Below, in pieces: positions 39,496 through 45,823 of a stretch of DNA of 54,786 nucleotides (positions are counted from its first letter, which is position 1; each line of letters starts with the position of its first letter). The notes below the pieces were generated by a model. It saw only the letters and a program-made list of their open reading frames with translations, made no database searches and was not told where the DNA came from. Where the stretch lies: the IMG/VR virus record IMGVR_UViG_3300028534_000013, positions 121,868 through 176,653 of that record, one strand, 5' to 3'. Made by a program: the position numbers and the translations under genes. This DNA comes from a virus.

Positions 39496-39596
39496 TTTTT
39501 ATCCTTTATTTTAGATTTTAGCATTATATACAATATAGCTCCCACAGGAAGCATAATTGCTAAATGCGCAGTAATATCGAACAACAATTCTTTCAT
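39492..39596 (-). CDS. Single-TM peptide missed by the track (34 aa, MKELLFDITAHLAIMLPVGAILYIMLKSKIKDKK)
   Basis: AAAGG RBS, promoter upstream, ATGA overlap with the MazG-like gene. Confidence 0.6.
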   Translation of the reverse strand: MKELLFDITAHLAIMLPVGAILYIMLKSKIKDKK

Positions 39597-39620
39597 TTTG
39601 AAACCTTTGTTTTGATAAGT

Positions 39621-39650
39621 ATTTTATCGAAAAAATCGGAGATTTGTCAA
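39621..39650 (-). promoter_or_regulatory. sigma70-type promoter TTGACA-18-TAAAAT
   Basis: Consensus -35; downstream of the tRNA array. Confidence 0.6.
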
Positions 39651-39671
39651 TGGATGGTAAGGAAAAAGGAC

Positions 39672-39746
39672 AGGTCTCACGGGTAGGACTCGAACCTACG
39701 AAATGCGAAAAGAACGCACCCACTTAACCAACTCTGGCACCGTGAG
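39672..39746 (-). ncRNA. Aberrant tRNA-like RNA (anticodon position CTT, U37, ends A-CCT)
   Basis: 7-bp acceptor CTCACGG/CCGTGAG, perfect T-arm GTAGG-TTCGAGT-CCTAC, anticodon loop TTCTTTT. Confidence 0.7.
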
Positions 39747-39800
39747 AAAAAGGACCGGGGGCCAGCGTTCCGCAACCCCCGTACAACCACATTATCAGGC

Positions 39801-39873
39801 CCGCCGAGACGGGAATTGAACCAGTAACCTACCGATTAAAAATCGGGTGCTCTACCGTTTGAGCTACTCGGCG
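39801..39873 (-). tRNA. trnK: tRNA-Lys(TTT), atypical
   Basis: Cloverleaf with loop TTTTTAA; mismatches in anticodon and T stems; no encoded CCA. Confidence 0.75.
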
Positions 39874-39877
39874 GATA

Positions 39878-39932
39878 TGGTCCACATTTAACTATGTGGG
39901 AGTACCTCTTCCTACTCATTGGTAGGTGAGCA
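39878..39932 (-). ncRNA. Putative 55-nt spacer RNA ending in microhelix-ACCA
   Basis: CCACAT-AGTTAA-ATGTGG-A-CCA, preceded by a CCTAC/GTAGG hairpin. Confidence 0.4.
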
Positions 39933-40009
39933 TGGTGGGCAAGGTAGGACTTGAACCTACGACTTACCGGTTATGAGCCGGTGACTCTAACCAACTGAGT
40001 TACTTGCCC
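39933..40009 (-). tRNA. tRNA with CAT anticodon, probably Ile2 (lysidine type), otherwise elongator Met
   Basis: GGGCAAG acceptor, ACCGG-CTCATAA-CCGGT, ACCA end; paired 1-72, so not an initiator. Confidence 0.9.
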
Positions 40010-40192
40010 TGGTACCTCCGTAACGTGGAGGTGCACGGGAGCCGGGACACCTGTGGCCGTCAGGCATCCTTTTACTCCTCTTTAATAGGAGTGACTCCAC
40101 ACTTCCTCGCCAGTCTGCAGCCTGACTTTTATCGGATTAATAACCGGAAGTGCTTTATGAGACCTACTTTAATAGACCCTAAAAACACTTAC
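40010..40192 (-). ncRNA. Putative 183-nt structured ncRNA ending in microhelix-ACCA
   Basis: Multiple stems; exactly fills the Tyr-to-CAT spacer. Confidence 0.55.
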
Positions 40193-40279
40193 TGGTGGAG
40201 CGAGGTAGACTCGAACTACCATTCCCGTTAGGGACACGGATTTACAGTCCGCTGCCTTACCAATTCGGCGCATCGCTCC
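40193..40279 (-). tRNA. trnY: tRNA-Tyr(GTA)
   Basis: Loop CTGTAAA, long variable arm, ACCA. Confidence 0.95.
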
Positions 40280-40280
40280 A

Positions 40281-40356
40281 TGGCTGGGATAGCAGGGCTC
40301 GAACCTGCGACCTACCGGTTAACAGCCGGTTGTTCTGCCAACTGAACTATATCCCA
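40281..40356 (-). tRNA. trnN: tRNA-Asn(GTT)
   Basis: Loop CTGTTAA, GCCA end. Confidence 0.95.
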
Positions 40357-40460
40357 ACATCCCCCTCAAGGGGGGGGAAATGAGGTTATACAGACCAAAA
40401 CTATTTGTGAGTTAGTTGAAATTAGTAAAACAACTGTGTTACGTTACCAATAACTTCACA

Positions 40461-40536
40461 TGGCTGGGCGGGCAGGACTCGAACCTACGAATGCCAGAGT
40501 CAAAGTCTGGTGCCTTACCAACTTGGCGACCGCCCA
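40461..40536 (-). tRNA. trnQ: tRNA-Gln(TTG)
   Basis: Loop CTTTGAC, U1-A72, GCCA end. Confidence 0.95.
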
Positions 40537-40541
40537 ATAAA

Positions 40542-40633
40542 TGGCAGAGGGTGTGGGATTCGAACCCACGGAAGCTTTTACACTCCAACGGTTTTCAAGA
40601 CCGCCGCCTTAAGCCAGACTCGGCCAACCCTCT
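40542..40633 (-). tRNA. trnS: tRNA-Ser(TGA)
   Basis: Loop CTTGAAA, long variable arm, G73, CCA. Confidence 0.95.
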
Positions 40634-40637
40634 ATTT

Positions 40638-40752
40638 CGGTGACGGCGGGAAGAATTGAACTCCCCTCTTCTTGATAAGCCCGAAAGCGCTTTTACCTAG
40701 GATATTGCACACTTTCAAACTTACCAATACTACATTACCAACCAAGGCCGTC
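40638..40752 (-). ncRNA. 115-nt tRNA-like RNA with a 6/6 acceptor/T domain and an 18-bp helix replacing the anticodon arm
   Basis: GACGGC/GCCGTC, GGGGAG-TTCAATT-CTTCCC, helix 40710-40727 paired with 40672-40689. Confidence 0.7.
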
Positions 40753-40756
40753 ATAA

Positions 40757-40844
40757 TGGCGGTAGAGGCAGGATTTGAACCTACGGAGGTGTTACCCTCG
40801 ACCGGTTAGCAACCGGCTGCCTTAAGCCACTCGGCCACTCTACC
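40757..40844 (-). tRNA. trnS: tRNA-Ser(GCT)
   Basis: Loop TTGCTAA, long variable arm, G73, CCA. Confidence 0.95.
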
Positions 40845-40935
40845 ACACCCTTCCGAAGAAGGGATAAATTAAAATATAACTTGAAACACAAGGTAATAAT
40901 GACCAAACAACAAAAAATAGTTTTGTTGCATCTGA

Positions 40936-40965
40936 ATTATATCAAAAAGAATTTGGATAAATCAA
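40936..40965 (-). promoter_or_regulatory. Promoter of the tRNA array, TTGATT-18-TATAAT with TG extension
   Basis: TGA-TATAAT about 90 nt upstream of the first tRNA. Confidence 0.65.
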
Positions 40966-40984
40966 TAGTTTAACGATGTTTTTT

Positions 40985-41134
40985 TTATTTTTCTTTGAAG
41001 TAAGTTCTTTCATCGTGCTCGGCTTTTTTCCCTATGTTGAAACTCTCCACCGGTCTGTGGTAACCCATTACTCTCGTAAACACCATGCAACGGGTTCTTT
41101 TGTCTTCATTTTTAGCTAAAATTTTATCTTTCAT
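40985..41134 (-). CDS. nrdD: Stand-alone glycyl-radical domain of class III ribonucleotide reductase (49 aa; missed by the track)
   Basis: MKDKILAKNEDKRTRCMVFTRVMGYHRPVESFNIGKKAEHDERTYFKEK: RVxGY and N.GK..E...R motifs; AAGGA RBS. Confidence 0.88.
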   Translation of the reverse strand: MKDKILAKNEDKRTRCMVFTRVMGYHRPVESFNIGKKAEHDERTYFKEK

Positions 41135-41204
41135 AACACATCCTTTGTTTTTATTTTAACATTATTATAATACCTAATATCATTTCAAACAAGCGCTTGA
41201 CTTT

Positions 41205-41540
41205 TTAAAACATTTTTCTTTGGTATGTTTGCATATCTGAGCGTTTGTCTTCTTTCCATTCTATGCTTATTTTAATCTCAGGCACACCTTTGTTGTTAAC
41301 CATTTCAACACTTATTCTTCTTATAAAATCATACAACCCAAGTTCTTTAGTTAGCGAAACAAACACTTCTTTTGCATCATCAACAATTCTACCGTGATTT
41401 TCAGTAAAACTAACATGGTACGGTATTTTAATTATTTTAAACTTCCTAAGCTCTGTTACTTTCTCATAATTTTCCCTTACCATAGATAATATATTAGGGA
41501 TTCTGTTTGTGAAATCTATATTTACTATCAATTCATTCAT
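41205..41540 (-). CDS. Hypothetical protein (111 aa)
   Basis: AGGAG RBS. Confidence 0.75.
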   Translation of the reverse strand: MNELIVNIDFTNRIPNILSMVRENYEKVTELRKFKIIKIPYHVSFTENHGRIVDDAKEVFVSLTKELGLYDFIRRISVEMVNNKGVPEIKISIEWKEDKRSDMQTYQRKMF

Positions 41541-41549
41541 TACATCTCC

Positions 41550-41744
41550 TTAGTGAAAAACAACATATACAATAACCAGCACCACCCATACAACCATTGT
41601 AAAAAACATTGTCGCAAACGGCATAGGAGGCAAATATCCGCCATCATCTTTACAGTCTCCGAACAAAAAACAAAACACCGGAATAGCTACTATTCCTAAA
41701 ACAATCAAAATTCCGCCCAATGTCAAATGTATATGTAAGTCCAT
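41550..41744 (-). CDS. Small membrane protein with 2 TM segments (64 aa; start MDLHIH)
   Basis: AAGGA RBS before ATG at 41744. Confidence 0.7.
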   Translation of the reverse strand: MDLHIHLTLGGILIVLGIVAIPVFCFLFGDCKDDGGYLPPMPFATMFFTMVVWVVLVIVYVVFH

Positions 41745-41778
41745 TTTAATTCCTTTATAGCTAAGAAAAAAATAAAAT

Positions 41779-41807
41779 TTGATTTTTTCCCTCAATTAAT
41801 GTATAAT
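41779..41807 (+). promoter_or_regulatory. Antisense sigma70-type promoter TTGATT-17-TATAAT
   Basis: The only clear plus-strand promoter noticed; intergenic. Confidence 0.5.
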
Positions 41808-41868
41808 TTAACTGCAGCCGATAATTTTTATTTTCATCCTTTCTCCGGGGCCTCACCCCGGCACCTCC

Positions 41869-42357
41869 TTACCCATTTATCTGTTTATATATTACTTCAC
41901 CCATTTTGTATGAGTTTAACGCTAATGGGCTTAAGTTTTTGAAAGGCTCATTACCTTCTACTTTACCGACTTCTGTAATCAGACTAATCATTTTTTCAAC
42001 ACGCCCCTTATGAACGTTAAATTTCTTTTTTTGATTTTTGGCGTAATCGTAATACACTGCTATGCCGGCAGGAAGAGCCGCCCATCCTTCTTTTGCCATT
42101 TTACTGCTTGTAAGCGATTCGACAAGTTTTTTATATTTATCCCTTATCACTTTAAAAGAGTGCTCATTTAACTCTTTGTGCAATAAATTTATAATATCTA
42201 TAGTATCTTTCAATACCATTTTATCAAGCTTTGTTAAAGAGCTGTACGGAACCTTTAAAATAATATTTCCGTCTATCAGTTTTACAACATCGCTTTCCAT
42301 CATATGCCAAAGAAACAAATCGGTTATCGCATATAACGTAAGATATTCATTCTTCAC
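41869..42357 (-). CDS. Hypothetical protein (162 aa)
   Basis: AAGGAG RBS, GTG start. Confidence 0.75.
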   Translation of the reverse strand: MKNEYLTLYAITDLFLWHMMESDVVKLIDGNIILKVPYSSLTKLDKMVLKDTIDIINLLHKELNEHSFKVIRDKYKKLVESLTSSKMAKEGWAALPAGIAVYYDYAKNQKKKFNVHKGRVEKMISLITEVGKVEGNEPFKNLSPLALNSYKMGEVIYKQING

Positions 42358-42369
42358 TTTTTTCTCCTT

Positions 42370-42630
42370 TTATTTTGAAATACTGTAAAACTTAATTATC
42401 GATTCTATTAAAACGTCACGAACCATATTTTTTGTATAAGCAGCACAGTTAGATATTTTTTTGTCTTTAAACTTATCATGAATAATCCAGCACAGTTTCT
42501 TTTTCTGACCTATCGTTAATTCTTTTAAATTAAACTCAGGGAAATTGTAATTAATCCAAGTTTCATTAGCCATCAATATTACAAGTCTTCCTTTTTTGCT
42601 TATTTTCACATATATGTCTCCAGATTTCAC
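42370..42630 (-). CDS. Hypothetical protein (86 aa)
   Basis: AAGGAG RBS, GTG start. Confidence 0.7.
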   Translation of the reverse strand: MKSGDIYVKISKKGRLVILMANETWINYNFPEFNLKELTIGQKKKLCWIIHDKFKDKKISNCAAYTKNMVRDVLIESIIKFYSISK

Positions 42631-42695
42631 AACGGCTCCTTTCTATAACGGTGCATATAGGTCTATTCCCTATATTTCCGAAATATATAAGAGCC

Positions 42696-42725
42696 ATTGT
42701 ATCTAAAAAACTATATTAATTTCAA
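42696..42725 (-). promoter_or_regulatory. sigma70-type promoter TTGAAA-18-TACAAT abutting a structured leader
   Basis: Hexamers in an intergenic gap. Confidence 0.5.
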
Positions 42726-42949
42726 GACTTAGATAATTTTTTAAGATATTTGTCCAGAGCTTTCTCACTCTCAAACTCTGCAACCACAAGCGAGAAATCA
42801 CGCTCTTTTAAAAACCTGTATGCGTCTTCTCTGTTTTTAAATACCCTGAAATTGTTACCACGGTAATTGTATACACACATACCGTTAGTCAGAAACTCAA
42901 TAGTTTCATCCGGTTTTAAATAATCAACATCAAACGCTTCTATCCTCAT
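42722..42949 (-). CDS. Hypothetical protein (75 aa)
   Basis: AAGGAGG RBS. Confidence 0.75.
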   Translation of the reverse strand: MRIEAFDVDYLKPDETIEFLTNGMCVYNYRGNNFRVFKNREDAYRFLKERDFSLVVAEFESEKALDKYLKKLSKS

Positions 42950-42983
42950 TTTACCTCCTTAGTTATTATATACAAAAGTGTTT

Positions 42984-43526
42984 TTATATACATTCCTGTA
43001 TCAGTTCGATTTCTTTTTCTGTAAGGTCGCCACTCATCTTATCCATCTCAACAAGCACCACGTTTTTAAAGCATTCGATTGCGTCCCTCCATGTAAAAGC
43101 GTCATACGGATAATACATTTGGGATATGCTTGGAAGTCTTATCATTTTATCTATCGTTCTGTCGACAATGTCTTCCATATCTGCACATAGTTTTCTGGTA
43201 TGAGGTCTTGTATAAGACGGAAGTCCGAGCAGCACCTTTTCATATCTGTTAAACAGAACACTTTTAAGTGTCTGCTTTAAATTATAAGCGTTTTCCTCAA
43301 GGATAACTCCAGCTTCACCGAGTTTTGAGAAAATGTAGCTGTCCGGGTCAAGCTGTTCTTCGTCGTATTCTTTGTTTGCCGTACCGATTATTCTGTCTAT
43401 ATCGGTTATCTTTCTTTCATACTGACGCCTTATGTCAAACGTATCATTTTCAAGATACTGATGATACAGCTGTTTTGCGTCTTCAAGCTCCCTTTTTATC
43501 ACTTCTATATATTCTCTCTTTTCCAT
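42984..43526 (-). CDS. Hypothetical protein (180 aa)
   Basis: GGAGG RBS; abuts the upstream stop. Confidence 0.8.
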   Translation of the reverse strand: MEKREYIEVIKRELEDAKQLYHQYLENDTFDIRRQYERKITDIDRIIGTANKEYDEEQLDPDSYIFSKLGEAGVILEENAYNLKQTLKSVLFNRYEKVLLGLPSYTRPHTRKLCADMEDIVDRTIDKMIRLPSISQMYYPYDAFTWRDAIECFKNVVLVEMDKMSGDLTEKEIELIQECI

Positions 43527-44198
43527 TTACCCCTCCGTTCTTTCAAATAAAGGTTCTATAATATTTTTAATCCATACATCTGCAAATTCATGAGTGAATC
43601 CGTCTACGGTTAAGTCAAACAGTCTTACATCGCTTTCAAAAGGTTTTTTCACAGTTTCCTCACCCTCTTTTTCAACAGTAAGTTCGCCTTTAACGTCTAC
43701 GTGGTAATTGTTAAACAAAGAGGCGTTTTTTATTTCGATTTTTGCATATACCGGTTTACTGTGAACGTGAGCCATATAATCCATATATGCATTGGCCATA
43801 TTTTTTACAAGAGTTTCAGCCACCCTGATTTTATCCTCGTTCTCCAGCAAATCAACAAGCTCTGCATAAGTGTAATCGTCAAGACCGTGAATTACCGGAT
43901 TAAGGGTAATTAAATTTCTCCCCGGCAGATAAACCAACCTGTCCAGACTATTTAACCTGTCCTCCAGGGCTTTTGTATATTTGCTTAAATCTGTATGAGC
44001 CAAATGGAAGCCTTTAACGATTATCTTTCCATTTTCAAGTCTAACCTTTTGCCCCTCGATAATAACTTTTGCAGAGGCAGATATATCATAATCAACAATA
44101 TATCCTCCGTCATATACCTTTTCTTCAAGCAACACATCCGTCGGCTCTTCGCTTCCGTTTATATAAGCCTTTATATTTTTAACATACCAGTGTTTCAT
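43527..44198 (-). CDS. Hypothetical protein (223 aa)
   Basis: AGGAG RBS. Confidence 0.8.
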   Translation of the reverse strand: MKHWYVKNIKAYINGSEEPTDVLLEEKVYDGGYIVDYDISASAKVIIEGQKVRLENGKIIVKGFHLAHTDLSKYTKALEDRLNSLDRLVYLPGRNLITLNPVIHGLDDYTYAELVDLLENEDKIRVAETLVKNMANAYMDYMAHVHSKPVYAKIEIKNASLFNNYHVDVKGELTVEKEGEETVKKPFESDVRLFDLTVDGFTHEFADVWIKNIIEPLFERTEG

Positions 44199-44207
44199 AC
44201 GCTCTCC

Positions 44208-44339
44208 TTATTTCATTTTCTTTTTCACATCTCTCCAACGTTTTTTCTTCTTTTTTGCTTCAAAAACTTTTTCGTTCTGCTCATTTTCGTATTCTTTCAT
44301 AGCCTGCTCTCTAAGCCATTCTCTGTGCGGGTCGTTCAT
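44208..44339 (-). CDS. Small basic protein missed by the track (43 aa, MNDPHREW...KKMK)
   Basis: AAGGAG RBS; fills the gap. Confidence 0.7.
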   Translation of the reverse strand: MNDPHREWLREQAMKEYENEQNEKVFEAKKKKKRWRDVKKKMK

Positions 44340-44350
44340 TGTAACTCCTT

Positions 44351-44926
44351 TTAGAAAGCAATAGCTTCTTCATCATCATCTTCTTCTTCAGGCTCTCTCT
44401 CAATTAACTCATATTGATTTTTATCTGTTAACTCTGAAGGCTCGATACATATATCTTTTGCAGATAATATTAACCCATTCTCACGCAGAAAATCATTTAA
44501 GCTTTCTATAAATTCTATACTCCATTCAAAAGTAAAAGAATGCAGACCCATAAATCTGACAAATGAGCCATACATAATCCCTATATACGGCACTTCAGGA
44601 TTAAATCCGTGTTGTAATGCCTTGCCAAGCATCCCAATAATCAGTTCATTATCACATGAGAGAATAGATACAGAGTAACCGGCAATGCTTTCATGTTTTA
44701 AAAGCATCCTCAAATAATTTATATCTCTGACCTCTATCTCCAGCTCTGATTCTGTTTCATCTGTTTTACAGTAATAGTCTTTTGTAATTTTATACATCTT
44801 TTCTTCTTTATCGCAAATATGATAATAAGCCGCTTCTTCATACTCTTTCAACATCATTTTTTTATCGGAACAGCAGCTAATTTCTTCTCCACATTTTTTA
44901 CATCTTAAACAATATTCTTTTTTCAT
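44351..44926 (-). CDS. Hypothetical protein with an N-terminal Cys/His cluster (start MKKEYC)
   Basis: AAGGAG RBS before ATG at 44926; CxxC. Confidence 0.75.
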   Translation of the reverse strand: MKKEYCLRCKKCGEEISCCSDKKMMLKEYEEAAYYHICDKEEKMYKITKDYYCKTDETESELEIEVRDINYLRMLLKHESIAGYSVSILSCDNELIIGMLGKALQHGFNPEVPYIGIMYGSFVRFMGLHSFTFEWSIEFIESLNDFLRENGLILSAKDICIEPSELTDKNQYELIEREPEEEDDDEEAIAF

Positions 44927-44952
44927 AGTGTCTCCTTTTATGTTTTTTTTAG

Positions 44953-45354
44953 CTAAATCCAAACATCGTATTGTTTGCCGTTTATTTCTACGGCTTTAAA
45001 ATGTTTTTTAATCCAGTTGATTTTCTTGAGCAGCTCATCTCTTTTAACCATTACGATAACCGCATCGTCGTCAAATTCAGGCTTGTCAAACTCAAGCAAC
45101 ACTTTTGTTCTCATGTCACAAAGACTTCTCATATTATCACGTCTTGCATGGCGAATATCAAAAACAACCTCGATTATCTCTTCTTCTCCAAAAGACTTAA
45201 TTGTGTTAATCAGTCTATTTTGCATATCCTCAGACCTTAATCCGGCCCACATATTAAACAGAGTCTGTTCATACACCCAATCAGGCCATCCCTGGTCCTT
45301 AGACCTGGTGCAAACCGGAACACCATATTCTATATCAATTATTCCTGTCATCAC
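44953..45354 (-). CDS. Hypothetical protein (133 aa)
   Basis: Coupled ORF. Confidence 0.75.
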   Translation of the reverse strand: MMTGIIDIEYGVPVCTRSKDQGWPDWVYEQTLFNMWAGLRSEDMQNRLINTIKSFGEEEIIEVVFDIRHARRDNMRSLCDMRTKVLLEFDKPEFDDDAVIVMVKRDELLKKINWIKKHFKAVEINGKQYDVWI

Positions 45355-45815
45355 TAAATCTCTTTATTCAATTTAATAAGTTCCGGATGTTCGTATGCGT
45401 TACCAAGCAGATAACACTTTACATCATCGTGCAAAGGCTGTGAATCATACACCATATCTTCTTCAAATTCTTTAAAATTTCTGTAAGACTTAACCCTGTA
45501 TGACGCAACCTCTTCATCGTATTCAATTACGCCTCTCACCACTCTTTGCTCTCCGAACGGAACTTGAGGTAATACGACATCTACAATATCAAACTCGAAC
45601 AGCGGTTTTCCGTTTTGAGCGTCAAATCCTATTTTTTGACATACAGACATTGAATTTACCCTTAATCTCTTCTCAAGTCCTGGAAACCCGTTTTCCTGCA
45701 ACCAAATCACATCTGTATTAACAATAAACCAACCGTCTTCATTTATTACCAGAAAACCATACACCCATCCGTGTTCTTGATTGTATCCTCTATATGTTCT
45801 TATTTCACCCTTCAT
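45354..45815 (-). CDS. yopX: YopX-family protein (start MKGEIR)
   Basis: YRG..WVYG, Q.IG.D.NGK.LFEFDIV, LGNAYEHPEL; AGGAGG RBS. Confidence 0.85.
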   Translation of the reverse strand: MKGEIRTYRGYNQEHGWVYGFLVINEDGWFIVNTDVIWLQENGFPGLEKRLRVNSMSVCQKIGFDAQNGKPLFEFDIVDVVLPQVPFGEQRVVRGVIEYDEEVASYRVKSYRNFKEFEEDMVYDSQPLHDDVKCYLLGNAYEHPELIKLNKEI

Positions 45816-45823
45816 ATTTCCTC

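Noticed and set aside
39751-39781. GC hairpin as an independent minihelix gene
   Set aside because: It is followed by a T run and is equally explained as an intrinsic terminator; mentioned only within the array finding
39801-39873. Ochre suppressor reading of the TTTTTAA loop to explain the TAA at 49524
   Set aside because: Standard 7-nt loop geometry gives TTT; TAA, TAG and TGA all serve as normal stops in the window, so there is no evidence of recoding
40038-40112. RNase P RNA-like words (GAGGAAG...ACAG..CCCGGCT) in the 183-nt RNA
   Set aside because: The two P4 strands are not complementary and the region is far too short
40101-40114. ACT-TCCTCGCC-AGT resembling the P3/L3 of an HDV-like (theta) ribozyme
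   Set aside because: It is on the plus strand, opposite to the tRNAs, and no P1' followed by GG or a P2 partner could be placed
39511-40643. ORFs 39511..39723, 40004..40231, 40195..40383 and 40416..40643
   Set aside because: They overlap tRNA or tRNA-like genes and lack RBSs
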